Shown piece by piece: positions 8,541 to 17,418 of a stretch of DNA of 64,000 nucleotides. The notes below the pieces were generated by a model. It did no database searches. It saw nothing but the letters and a program-made list of their open reading frames with translations, and was not told the DNA's origin. Where the stretch lies: assembly GCA_001823925.1 (NCBI GenBank), contig MHWB01000013.1, positions 9,338-73,337 of the forward strand, read 5' to 3'. Each line of letters begins with the position of its first letter. The first letter of the stretch is position 1. Both the position numbers and the translations under genes were made by a program. The DNA is from Candidatus Zambryskibacteria bacterium RIFCSPLOWO2_01_FULL_39_39 (GTDB taxonomy: Bacteria > Patescibacteriota > Minisyncoccia > Phycocordibacterales > WO2-35-19).

Positions 8541-10954
8541 CATTTAAACAACTCAAAGAAATATCCGCGCCACATTTTTACTGCTTTTCTTTAGATAAGT
8601 TTTTTCCTAAAACTTTGCGTAATGTTTTAAGGAAGGCTGCGGCTTTGGCCGCTCTCGTCTCCTTTGCTTTTTCTTTTGATTCATTGCCACTTTACTTGGG
8701 ACTTGCTGATGGTTTGTTTTTCCTTTTTATTTTTATTTACCTCACACTTTCTTTTTTGGAATTTTTCTATAGATCAATGATAAATGAAGGCTTACAGACG
8801 AGGATCAACGAAAAACTTTTGGGTGGTGAAAAAAATATTGACTATGCCCTCTCCAGTATTTTATTTGCCACTTCCGAGATTGATGTCACGCTAGCTTTTT
8901 TTGAAACCAGAGTGGGTATAGAAACTTTGCTGAGGTCTGGTTTAGATTTGGCAGAATTAAAAAATTTTGTTTATTCCGAAAGAACTCCAATCGTAGCTTC
9001 TTCTCTAAACCTTCCGAATGATTTTGTCGATCTCCCAAGTTTCGCTAGTCTTGTTTATGAGGCCGACAAATCTTTGCGAGCCTTTCTCTCTAAAAATTCT
9101 ATAAATAAAGAAGAATTTATCGGAGCGGTAAATTGGGTGATGAATACGGAAAACCAAAAGATACATAAAGATAGATTTTGGAGCCGAGAAAATTTGGGAG
9201 CAATACCATCGATTGGCACTAGTTGGTCATATGGAGTCTCTGCCGATCTGGGTAAGTATGGGGTCTCTTTTGATCGCTTGAGTAATGTTTCCTCGCTTCT
9301 CATTGAAAATGGTTATCGCAATAGGGAAGTAACAGCTCTTGAAAATGTTTTACTTCGGAGAGAAGAGGCTAATGTCATCATTATCGATGATAGCGAAGAC
9401 GTGGTGAGGGACATTGTCGGTCGATTCTTAAAAAAAATTAGACTTGGTATCTCCCTCCCAGCTTTTGAGCATAAAAATATTATTGAACTAGATTGGACAT
9501 CTTTAACCACCTCTTATAAAAACAAAAGCGAACTTGAGGCCGAGATTTTAAAAATTTTAAATCAGTCTATTTCGGCCGGTAATATTATTTTATATATAAG
9601 AGATTTGTCTGGGTTTGTGTCGAGCGTCAAATCTTTGGGTGTAAATTTACCATCTCTTATCTCTCCTTATCTTTCTTCAAAAAATTTATCGGTGATTGCT
9701 TCAGCCACCAATGCTGATTTTCATTTTTTTATTGAAACCACACCCTCTCTTTTAGAAAAATTTGAGAGAATTGTGCCTGATGCTCTTGGAGCAGAAGCTT
9801 CGGTAGCTGTCTTATTGGAACAAATACCTTCTATTGAAAAACAGTATGGTTTAATTTTTTCTTTCCCAAGTATTTTGAGTTTAACCAAAACTGCTGATCG
9901 TTTTATAAGTTACGGTGAAATGCCCGGCAAAGCTCTTGATATGTTGATTGAGATAACTCCATGGGCTATTGAAAGAAATATAGAGGTCTTAAAAGAGAAT
10001 GATGTTTCGGTATTTGTCTCGGAAAAAACAGGCATTGTGACTGGAGACATTAAAGAAAAGGAGGCGGGCAAAATAGAGCATTTAGAAGAATTGTTGCATC
10101 AAAGAGTAGTCGGCCAAAATGAAGCCGTAGATAGTATTGCGGGCGCCGTGAGAAGAGCGCGTTCTGGCGTAGGCAACCCCAAACGGCCACTTTCTTCATT
10201 CCTCTTTATTGGACCGACAGGGGTTGGTAAGACAGAAGTCTCTAAAGCTTTGGCTGAGAGTTTTTTTGGTGATGAAAAAAAGATGATTCGTTTTGATATG
10301 TCTGAATATAATGGGCCCGAAGCAGCCAGCCAGCTTATTGGAGATTTTGCGATGAATAAAAGTGGTTTGCTTGCAAGTAAGGTCAGAGACAATCCATACA
10401 GCGTACTTTTGTTGGATGAATTTGAAAAGGCAGCAAGAGATGTCTTGGATTTGTTCCTTCAAATTTTAGATGAAGGTGTTTTCACTGATGCTTTGGGTAG
10501 ACAGGTTGGGTGTCGCAACCTTATCATCATCGCCACTTCAAATGCGGGGAGTTCTTTTATTTGGGAAAGTATAAAACAAGGAAAAAATTTAATACAAGAA
10601 AAAGATAAAATAATAAATAAAATTATAGAAGAAAAAATATTTAGACCAGAACTTATAAATCGTTTTGATGGAGTTATCCTTTTTCATCCTCTAGAAAAAA
10701 AGGAACTTGAAGATATTGCTCGCTTGGAACTTGAAAAATTAAGAAAGAGGCTCTCGGATCAGAATATTGAATTTGTAATAAATGAAGAAGTGATAAATTT
10801 TTTGGTTGAGAAGGGGAGTGACCCGGAGTTTGGTGGGCGTTCTGTGAATCGGGCGATTCAAGACAAGATAGAAAACCTTGTTGCCAGAAAGATCGTAAGC
10901 GGGGAGACTCTACCCGGAAGTAAAATTGAAATCAAAAAAGAGGAACTTCTATAA
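8537..10954 (+). CDS. Membrane-anchored Clp/Hsp100-family ATPase (ClpC/ClpB-like; degenerate NBD1, intact NBD2)
   Basis: 805 aa; N-terminal TM helices, Clp_N-like repeat, NBD1 lacking Walker A, NBD2 with FLFIGPTGVGKTE, LLLDEFEKA, sensor/arginine finger region and ClpB_D2-small. Confidence 0.7.
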   Translation: MTFKQLKEISAPHFYCFSLDKFFPKTLRNVLRKAAALAALVSFAFSFDSLPLYLGLADGLFFLFIFIYLTLSFLEFFYRSMINEGLQTRINEKLLGGEKNIDYALSSILFATSEIDVTLAFFETRVGIETLLRSGLDLAELKNFVYSERTPIVASSLNLPNDFVDLPSFASLVYEADKSLRAFLSKNSINKEEFIGAVNWVMNTENQKIHKDRFWSRENLGAIPSIGTSWSYGVSADLGKYGVSFDRLSNVSSLLIENGYRNREVTALENVLLRREEANVIIIDDSEDVVRDIVGRFLKKIRLGISLPAFEHKNIIELDWTSLTTSYKNKSELEAEILKILNQSISAGNIILYIRDLSGFVSSVKSLGVNLPSLISPYLSSKNLSVIASATNADFHFFIETTPSLLEKFERIVPDALGAEASVAVLLEQIPSIEKQYGLIFSFPSILSLTKTADRFISYGEMPGKALDMLIEITPWAIERNIEVLKENDVSVFVSEKTGIVTGDIKEKEAGKIEHLEELLHQRVVGQNEAVDSIAGAVRRARSGVGNPKRPLSSFLFIGPTGVGKTEVSKALAESFFGDEKKMIRFDMSEYNGPEAASQLIGDFAMNKSGLLASKVRDNPYSVLLLDEFEKAARDVLDLFLQILDEGVFTDALGRQVGCRNLIIIATSNAGSSFIWESIKQGKNLIQEKDKIINKIIEEKIFRPELINRFDGVILFHPLEKKELEDIARLELEKLRKRLSDQNIEFVINEEVINFLVEKGSDPEFGGRSVNRAIQDKIENLVARKIVSGETLPGSKIEIKKEELL

Positions 10955-10956
10955 AA

Positions 10957-10990
10957 TGGCTATTTTAAGCCATTTTGTGTCACGGCTACA
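10957..10990 (+). terminator. Intrinsic terminator after Clp-like gene
   Basis: aaaatggct-atttta-agccatttt hairpin followed by TTTT. Confidence 0.5.
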
Positions 10991-11018
10991 TACAAAATTA
11001 TTTTTCATGTCGAAATAC

Positions 11019-11046
11019 TTGACATATTTTGTGGTTGTGCTATATT
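11019..11046 (+). promoter_or_regulatory. Sigma70-like promoter TTGACA-16-TATATT
   Basis: consensus -35 at 11019-11024 and -10 at 11041-11046. Confidence 0.45.
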
Positions 11047-11052
11047 TGTATG

Positions 11053-11271
11053 CAGAAGGGTTGGGCTGAAACCTGACCCTCCGGGAGAAGAAAATGACCC
11101 ATTGTACCCATTCGGCTTCCACAGCCAAAAACTAATTGCACTCGCCGGCGCCGGCCGTCCCCAAATCTTCTAACGGAGACAAAGGACAACAAGCGTGAAA
11201 AGCCCCCATTTCTCAGTATCCTCTTAGATTCGTTCTTTGAGGCTCTACAGGAAGCGGGGGCTTTATTTTTT
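11053..11271 (+). ncRNA. Candidate small structured RNA (promoter + ~220-nt GC-rich transcript + intrinsic terminator); identity unknown
   Basis: GC-rich segment in AT-rich genome, terminal helix aaagccccc...gggggcttt closed by T-run at 11265-11271, immediately upstream of dusB start; no convincing ORF. Confidence 0.3.
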
Positions 11272-11287
11272 ATGTTAAGATAAAAAA

Positions 11288-12355
11288 ATGAATTTTTGGA
11301 ATGAAATGAAAAAGCCGATACTTTGTCTCGCGCCATTAGCAGATGTTACTGATGTGGCTTTTAGGCATATTATTGCTAAATATTCGAAAGAAATGTCAAA
11401 GGGCGCCTTCGAAATGCCCCGGTCCCAGAAGGCGCCCTTTGACATTTCTACCTACGTTACTTATACCGAATTTGTTTCGGCCGATGGACTTGTTTTGGCT
11501 CCGGAAACAGGTAGGAGAAGACTCTTAAAAGATTTGGAATATTCTGAAATAGAAAGGCCGATCGTGGCACAACTTTTTAGCAGTAATCCAGAGAATATGA
11601 AAAAAGTTGCTTCTCTTGTTATGGAATTAGGTTTTGATGGTGTAGATATAAATATGGGTTGTCCCGATAAAAGTGTAGAGAAGCAGGGAGCTGGTGCCGC
11701 CCTTATAAAGAACCCAAAGCTTGCAAGAGAAATAATAAGATATGCAAAGACAGGTATAAAAGAAGCAGCAGAGAGGCTGGGTAAAGAAGAAATACCGCTG
11801 TCAGTAAAAACCAGACTTGGTTATAACGATGATGAGTTAGAAAGTTGGTTGCCAGAATTATTGGCGGAAAATCCGGCAGCTATTATTATCCATGCTCGCA
11901 CAAGGAAAGAAATGTCTAAAGTCCCTGCTCGTTGGGAGCGTATCAGACGTGCCGTTGAGATAAGGGATGAAGTGTCAAGGTTCAACCTTGACACTCAAAA
12001 AACTTTAATAATTGGTAATGGAGATGTTTTAGATGTTGCAGATGCAATAAAAAAATGTGAAGAGAGTGGCGCAGACGGGGCCATGCTCGGGAGAGCAGTT
12101 TTTGGCAATCCTTGGCTCTTTTCTACCCACGTGCCGACCGCTTCCGAAAAATTAAAAGTCTTGCTGGAACATATTAAACTTTTTGAAGAAAAATTGGGTG
12201 GGGTAAAAAATTTTGCTGTTATGAAAAAACATTTCAAAGCTTACCTTTCTGGTTTTCCTGTTGGTAGTGATTTTAGACTAAAAGAATTAAGAGATAGGCT
12301 CATGCAAACAAAGGACGCTAAAGATGCGGAGATTTTGTTAAGCGAATACTTATAA
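11288..12355 (+). CDS. dusB: tRNA-dihydrouridine synthase (DusB-like) carrying two in-frame palindromic insertions
   Basis: 355 aa; LAPLADVTDVAFRHI...YTEFVSADGL...DINMGCPDK...IHARTR...GNGDV motifs of Dus family. Confidence 0.8.
   Translation: MNFWNEMKKPILCLAPLADVTDVAFRHIIAKYSKEMSKGAFEMPRSQKAPFDISTYVTYTEFVSADGLVLAPETGRRRLLKDLEYSEIERPIVAQLFSSNPENMKKVASLVMELGFDGVDINMGCPDKSVEKQGAGAALIKNPKLAREIIRYAKTGIKEAAERLGKEEIPLSVKTRLGYNDDELESWLPELLAENPAAIIIHARTRKEMSKVPARWERIRRAVEIRDEVSRFNLDTQKTLIIGNGDVLDVADAIKKCEESGADGAMLGRAVFGNPWLFSTHVPTASEKLKVLLEHIKLFEEKLGGVKNFAVMKKHFKAYLSGFPVGSDFRLKELRDRLMQTKDAKDAEILLSEYL
11391..11447. repeat. 57-bp palindromic element in dusB (20-bp perfect stems aaatgtcaaagggcgccttc, loop gaaatgccccggtccca), encodes MSKGAFEMPRSQKAPFDIS
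   Basis: insertion sits where Dus family has short KYG-to-TEMVSA linker; loop shared with elements at 21781 and 25994. Confidence 0.7.
11970..11994. repeat. Short palindrome agtgtcaagg-ttcaa-ccttgacact inside dusB (encodes VSRFNLDT)
   Basis: perfect 10-bp stems; family member of 4229 copy. Confidence 0.6.
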
Positions 12356-12866
12356 AAAGCCAAAAAAGTCCAACTGTATATCCAATCAAAACATCAGATA
12401 AATAGTGCACTCCCAAATACAGCCGACTTAAACCGATTAGTACAATCAAGACGGCAAGGAAAATAATAAATGGGTTTCGAAGATGGTGTTTGTCATGCTT
12501 CCAAATAACATAAAAAATAAATCCATATAAAGCCATCGCCACCGTCGCATGTCCACTTGGGAAAGAGAATGAATTTTCGATATAGATTGCCTCAACAGGC
12601 CTTGCCCTGTAAAAAATATTTTTAAGAATAAAAGTTGAAATGGTGCTACCAGCTACTGTCAAAAAAAGAGGCAAAATCCTGTATGTATGCTTGTGAATAT
12701 AGAAAGAGATTGCAGAAAGAAGGGAGAGACTGCCTGCGACCAAGTAGCTTCCGGCATAGGTGATAACAAGCATCAAAAAAGAGAGCCACTCTACTCTGTT
12801 GTTGGTGAAAAAATTTAAAACAGCTTGGTCAATCGCTTGCATGCAGATATTATACTTTATTTGCAT
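12318..12866 (-). CDS. PAP2-family phosphatase (undecaprenyl-diphosphatase / PgpB-like)
   Basis: 182 aa; KxxxxxxRP, PSGH (FPSGHATVA) and SRxxxxxHxxxD (SRLYLGVHYLSD) PAP2 motifs, 5 TM helices. Confidence 0.75.
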   Translation of the reverse strand: MQIKYNICMQAIDQAVLNFFTNNRVEWLSFLMLVITYAGSYLVAGSLSLLSAISFYIHKHTYRILPLFLTVAGSTISTFILKNIFYRARPVEAIYIENSFSFPSGHATVAMALYGFIFYVIWKHDKHHLRNPFIIFLAVLIVLIGLSRLYLGVHYLSDVLIGYTVGLFWLFISIRLTKSPHL

Positions 12867-12991
12867 AAATTTGTGTTTATGCTATTCTAAAAAAAGACAA
12901 GTACCACTGAAACTAAAAGAGAAAACTACAAAGTTTTTATATGCAGATTTCTCCTTTAGCTTCAAAAATAAAATAAGAAAGGATGCACTAA

Positions 12992-13387
12992 ATGATAAGA
13001 CGAGGATTAGTGGCTTTGACAATAATCGCCATCAGGACTTCTGATGCCTCCAAGCCCATGGCTTTGGGGGCGAAAGATATTCCTAGTTGTCAGATTTTGG
13101 GAGAGGCAGAGGTGACATATTATGGTGGAGATTTTCACGGCAGGCCAATGGCCAACGGGAAGGTTTTTGACAAAGAAGACCCAACCATTGTTGCTTCGCC
13201 GATTTTAGACATGGGCAGACGAGTGAGGATCACACACGTTGCAAACAGGAAGAGCATTGAAGTAGTGGTCCAAGACAGGATGCCCAAAGATGCTCCTCTC
13301 AACGCTTTGGATGTTTCTGAGGCAGCCGCTCGTAAGCTCGGGATTCAGACAGTTGGTCGAGCTAGGCTCTTTGTAGAAGCGTACTAA
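12992..13387 (+). CDS. RlpA-like double-psi beta-barrel (DPBB) domain protein
   Basis: 131 aa; TYYGGDFHGRPMANGKVFD...RVRITHVANRKSIEVVVQDRMPK...LDVSEAAARKLG matches RlpA/3D domain pattern; higher GC than neighbours. Confidence 0.65.
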   Translation: MIRRGLVALTIIAIRTSDASKPMALGAKDIPSCQILGEAEVTYYGGDFHGRPMANGKVFDKEDPTIVASPILDMGRRVRITHVANRKSIEVVVQDRMPKDAPLNALDVSEAAARKLGIQTVGRARLFVEAY

Positions 13388-13417
13388 GCTCGGAGAGTTT
13401 GTCTTCCTTTCAAATAC

Positions 13418-13476
13418 TGTGCTCCCAGATTTAGAGGCTCATCCTCTGATTTGGGAGTATTTTTTATATTTTGCTT
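13418..13476 (+). terminator. Long hairpin + T-run after rlpA-like gene
   Basis: ctcccagatttagagg-ctcat-cctctgatttgggag then tatttttt. Confidence 0.45.
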
Positions 13477-13547
13477 TCAGACTCTTTTTTGATACAATGG
13501 CGATGTTCTTTAAAAAAGTACGTTTGAAAATTAAATGATCATTTGGC

Positions 13548-13619
13548 TCCGGGATAGCTCAGCGGTAGAGCGATCGCCTGTTAAGCGATTGGTCGTAGGT
13601 TCGATCCCTACTCCCGGAG
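13548..13619 (+). tRNA. tRNA-Asn (anticodon GTT), no encoded CCA
   Basis: cloverleaf: acceptor TCCGGGA/TCCCGGA, D stem GCTC/GAGC, anticodon stem ATCGC/GCGAT with loop CTGTTAA, T arm GTAGG-TTCGATC-CCTAC, discriminator G. Confidence 0.9.
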
Positions 13620-13866
13620 CAAAGGTCGTGAATTGGACACAATGTGTTCGAGTCGTGGCTTAACTGAAGACTTTTTTGAGGTTCGAGAATCATCTCGGAG
13701 TTCCGAAGGTCTTAACGGATAATCAAGGTTCAATGAATGCAAATCACCGCTTGAAATAATCATTTCGGCGGTTTTTTGCACCGGTTCGAGAACTGCATTG
13801 ACCTTTGGCATCTGAGCTAATTGACGTCGAGTTGAGAATATACTAGTATCTTTACTGGAGGTTACC

Positions 13867-14145
13867 ATGCGAAAGTTGGAGATGCGTGAAGTAGAGACGG
13901 GATATTGCGACTTCTGTAAAGAAAAGGCGTCTCACCTGAAAAAATGTGCAATCTGTAAACGCGAAATGTGTGGAAGGGGTGGCTATAGCGAGCATTCTGC
14001 ATATGGCATGGAAGTCTACAGATACGGGGATGCAAACCGCCTGGTGAGTAGCCACATCTGCAAAGAGTGTGTCGACAAATCGCTTACCATCACGGTGGGT
14101 GAATTGTTTGAGGGAATATTGGGGCCTACCCCAATACAACTCTAG
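13867..14145 (+). CDS. Small zinc-ribbon (4x CxxC) protein
   Basis: 92 aa with CDFC...CAIC...C...CKEC; strong RBS GGAGGT 5 nt upstream. Confidence 0.5.
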   Translation: MRKLEMREVETGYCDFCKEKASHLKKCAICKREMCGRGGYSEHSAYGMEVYRYGDANRLVSSHICKECVDKSLTITVGELFEGILGPTPIQL

Positions 14146-14283
14146 TGGTGCTTGTCCGCCCGAGAGCCGCTCGCTTCTCGAGCGGTTTTCTTTATATAAT
14201 TTATTCAAACAATTCCTAAAAAATCATCTATTTACAAAAGAAAATAAAATACTCGATGCATTTGAGGTGCATCGAGCGTGTAT

Positions 14284-14733
14284 CTAAATAATAATGTTTT
14301 TTCGACGCAATCGTCGTAGCTGTTGAGAGATAGAATCAATTGACCTGCCAGGAAAGCGTTCATTCAAAAATAAGCTTCTGGCAGTGTAACCACATACACT
14401 GACCAAATGTATGAGATTTCTGACCTCTGCCGTTTTCCATTGATGGATGTGGCGCCTTTTCGGTTTCCATATCTCCGCTCGTATTGCCTTGTTTCTTATG
14501 GCAATTTTGGTTCTCCCGGGAATATCAATTTCCCAAGGTTTTTTACCTTCTGAAACTAATTTTTCAAGAATGGTCAACTCACTTCTCTTCCATCGTTTTA
14601 TATATAGACCAAGTTGGTACACCTGATAGCGAATTGATATGTGAGTACGATCTCCGATCTGAACTTCTTTGATCGGCACACCACTCCTCATTTGTTTTCG
14701 CAGTTTTCGTTTCTCTTGCGCGGTCCACAGCAT
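14284..14733 (-). CDS. Three-repeat Myb/SANT-like (W-x-E-x-L ... W) DNA-binding protein, hypothetical
   Basis: 149 aa; repeats WTAQEKRKLRK..., WKRSELTILEKLVSEGKKPWEI..GRT, WKTAEVRNLIHLV; RBS GGGAGGAAAG. Confidence 0.4.
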   Translation of the reverse strand: MLWTAQEKRKLRKQMRSGVPIKEVQIGDRTHISIRYQVYQLGLYIKRWKRSELTILEKLVSEGKKPWEIDIPGRTKIAIRNKAIRAEIWKPKRRHIHQWKTAEVRNLIHLVSVCGYTARSLFLNERFPGRSIDSISQQLRRLRRKNIII

Positions 14734-14916
14734 AAGTACTTTCCTCCCACACTTAAAGTATCATAAAGTAAATCAAGACTCAATCTGTTAAAACAAGGGC
14801 CAGTAAGCTCATTAAAGATATACCCAAGCCCTGTAGATATGGCAATAAATATGGTATACAATTATTGTTGTAACTGTTCTCTATATTATTTTATTATTTA
14901 AAAATTAAAAAATATT

Positions 14917-16458
14917 ATGAAAAAAATAATCACACTCTCTGTACTTGCATTTTTCTTAAGTTTCGTATCCTTGGTGTCTTTTGAAAGTGTAGAAGCACAG
15001 ACAGATAGTACCTGTCCTTCTATTGCGCCATATAGATGCAATAACGGATCTTGTACAAATGATGCCGCTCTTTGCGATCAGTCTTGGGGGGGTGGACTAA
15101 ATACAGACCCAGGAGGTACCACAACTGGTGGCACAACGACAGTTACTCCTCCTTCTACAAACAATAGTACTTTTGGTAGTCAGTGCACAGGAAATATAAG
15201 ATACGATGCCGCAACAGCAAAGGCTTGTGCAGACTTGGCAGAAGCTCAAGGTAAAGCTCTTGGCTATAATATAGATTGTTCAGTAGAAACTAGGTCAGAG
15301 CAATTGTCTTTAAATTCAAGTCCTACGGGAGAGACGGTCAATGCCTACTATGGCGCTTGTACAGTAAATGGTGTATCTGGATTTTATGATATAGACCTCG
15401 TAGGTTATACAGGTACAGGGGCTGCAGTTCAGAGATATCCAGGGAAAACTGGTTATGATGCCAATGATTATATTTTTGGAAGCAACTATCAAAGAAGTGC
15501 TGGTTGGAATATTTTGCCTTGTGATCTTGCGAACACTGCGTCTGGATCGGCTGGGGTAACGGCTGGTTCTGGTAATTGTGCTATTGGTGCAAGTAATTAT
15601 TTTGGCACTTCAAATCCTTCAGGCTGGAGTCCTAGGACCACAACTTCTATAAATAAACCGCTGGGTAGTATAACTTCTGGATCGGCCGGATCAGCTGGTG
15701 GTACAACAGTAGGAACCAACATCTACGGTAGCGCGGGTTCGGCTGGTGGCTATGTAAACCAACTTCTTGCTCTTCTAAATAAAATTATTGCCGACTTTAA
15801 ACAACTATCTTCTTCAATCACATTATCTACTCCAATTGTGGGTAGTAATAACACAACCAACACCACTAATACAACAATCCCGAACTCTTCTGACCCCAAT
15901 TACTATGCTCTGGGTGATCTTGTAACAGATAAAACAAGTTATTGCGTGGGAGACACACCAAGGTATACTCTCACAGGTGGTCCTGGTCTTGCGGGATATA
16001 AAATCCTTTGGACTTCTTACTTTAATAATGTAATTACAAAAGAAATAGACGCAGACTATGGGTTCAAACTTGCAAGTAATGGCACCGGTTCATCGTGGAC
16101 GGCTTATGGCTCTACTTGGGACTCTTCAAATATAGGTAATTGGGAAAAGGTAGCCAATGTTGGCGGCGGGTTAAAAAGAGCGAGCTTTACTGTAAAGAGT
16201 TGTAATGCTCCTACGGTCACCGTTACCACTTGTAGTCCTAAAATGCAAAGAAGAGGGACATTTTCTGTAGCCTCTTGGACAGGTAGCGGAGCAGGCCCTA
16301 CTTATGATTGGGTAGCACCAGGTAGTACTAAAGTATTTGGATCTGGCAGTAATTTTGGTACATCCTATGCAGTACTTGGCACTTACTATGTCACGGTGCT
16401 CAGTAATGGTAAAAGTGATACTTGTAGCATTGTTATTGATCAGCAAAATGCTCCCTAA
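14917..16458 (+). CDS. Secreted Cys-rich N-terminal, Gly/Ser/Thr-rich surface protein, hypothetical
   Basis: 513 aa; signal peptide MKKIITLSVLAFFLSFVSLVSFESVEA, SGSAG repeats, no recognisable catalytic motif. Confidence 0.55.
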   Translation: MKKIITLSVLAFFLSFVSLVSFESVEAQTDSTCPSIAPYRCNNGSCTNDAALCDQSWGGGLNTDPGGTTTGGTTTVTPPSTNNSTFGSQCTGNIRYDAATAKACADLAEAQGKALGYNIDCSVETRSEQLSLNSSPTGETVNAYYGACTVNGVSGFYDIDLVGYTGTGAAVQRYPGKTGYDANDYIFGSNYQRSAGWNILPCDLANTASGSAGVTAGSGNCAIGASNYFGTSNPSGWSPRTTTSINKPLGSITSGSAGSAGGTTVGTNIYGSAGSAGGYVNQLLALLNKIIADFKQLSSSITLSTPIVGSNNTTNTTNTTIPNSSDPNYYALGDLVTDKTSYCVGDTPRYTLTGGPGLAGYKILWTSYFNNVITKEIDADYGFKLASNGTGSSWTAYGSTWDSSNIGNWEKVANVGGGLKRASFTVKSCNAPTVTVTTCSPKMQRRGTFSVASWTGSGAGPTYDWVAPGSTKVFGSGSNFGTSYAVLGTYYVTVLSNGKSDTCSIVIDQQNAP

Positions 16459-16482
16459 CAAAATCTGCTATACTCTTTAAGT

Positions 16483-17349
16483 ATGAAAACAAAAGGTTCC
16501 GATAAGACCCTAGTTGTATTTGGGGTGATAATTGTATCTCTCTTAGGTTTTTTAATTTGGGGCTATAGTCAATATACCACTCTGGATAAATTACAAAAAG
16601 AATTAATCTTAGAAAAAAAGACAGTAGAAGAAGATTTAAAGGCTAAGACTGAAGAAAATGTATACATATTTTCTAAACTAACGGCAGAGCAACAAAAAAA
16701 TCTGAGCTTTGAGAATCAAATAAAAGATATAACAAGCCAAGTGGGAACACTGGACAAATTATCTAAAACTGACAAGGAACTTCTGCAAAAGTATTCTAAA
16801 GTATATTTCTTAAATGAAAATTATGTGCCAGAATCACTGGCTCCAGTTCCCAATGAGTTTATTTACGAAAAAGATAAACAAATACAAATTCATACCAAAG
16901 TTTTATCAAATCTTACAGATCTTCTCAGGTCGGCTCAAAATAATAGTATGGATCTAAAAATAATTTCTGGTTTTAGGTCGTTTGGAGAACAGAGTGTTTT
17001 AAAAGGTGCTTATACTGTAAGTTTTGGTAGTGATGCCAATAAATTTTCGGCTGATCAGGGATATTCAGAACATCAACTGGGCACAACTGTTGACTTTACT
17101 ACCGCTTCTGTCGGCGCCACTTTTTCTGGATTTTCTAAGACCAAAGAATATGAGTGGTTGCTTCAAAACGCTTACAAATACGGATTTATAATCTCATATC
17201 CAGAGGGAAATGCTTATTATCAATTTGAACCTTGGCACTTTCGTTTTGTTGGCAAGCAGTTGGCAGAAAGACTTTATGTAGAAAAGCAAAATTTTTATGA
17301 TTTAGATCAACGTAAGATAGACGCCTATCTTATAAATATTTTTGATTGA
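16483..17349 (+). CDS. D-alanyl-D-alanine carboxypeptidase, VanY / peptidase M15B family
   Basis: 288 aa; N-terminal TM, SGFRS...SEHQLGTTVDF...EPWHFRFVG zinc-ligand motifs. Confidence 0.8.
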   Translation: MKTKGSDKTLVVFGVIIVSLLGFLIWGYSQYTTLDKLQKELILEKKTVEEDLKAKTEENVYIFSKLTAEQQKNLSFENQIKDITSQVGTLDKLSKTDKELLQKYSKVYFLNENYVPESLAPVPNEFIYEKDKQIQIHTKVLSNLTDLLRSAQNNSMDLKIISGFRSFGEQSVLKGAYTVSFGSDANKFSADQGYSEHQLGTTVDFTTASVGATFSGFSKTKEYEWLLQNAYKYGFIISYPEGNAYYQFEPWHFRFVGKQLAERLYVEKQNFYDLDQRKIDAYLINIFD

Positions 17350-17418
17350 CTTTTTAGTATAAAAGATGGAATTCTGCTAGACTTAGCGTAGAGTTGTACT
17401 TTTGGAAAGGAGAAGCAA

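Noticed and set aside
11055-11095. Possible TPP riboswitch (GGCUGAAACCUGACC resembles the GCUGAGA...GAACCUGAUC core)
   Set aside because: The invariant CUGAGA and the UAAUACC / GCGUAGGGA elements are absent, and the downstream gene (dusB) has no thiamine link.
11040-11336. 98-aa minus-strand ORF over the candidate sRNA region
   Set aside because: Arg-rich and low-complexity. It overlaps a consensus promoter and an intrinsic terminator on the opposite strand, with no RBS.
13608-14208. Minus-strand ORFs 13608-13868 and 13852-14208
   Set aside because: They overlap tRNA-Asn and the zinc-ribbon gene (which has a strong RBS), with atypical composition.
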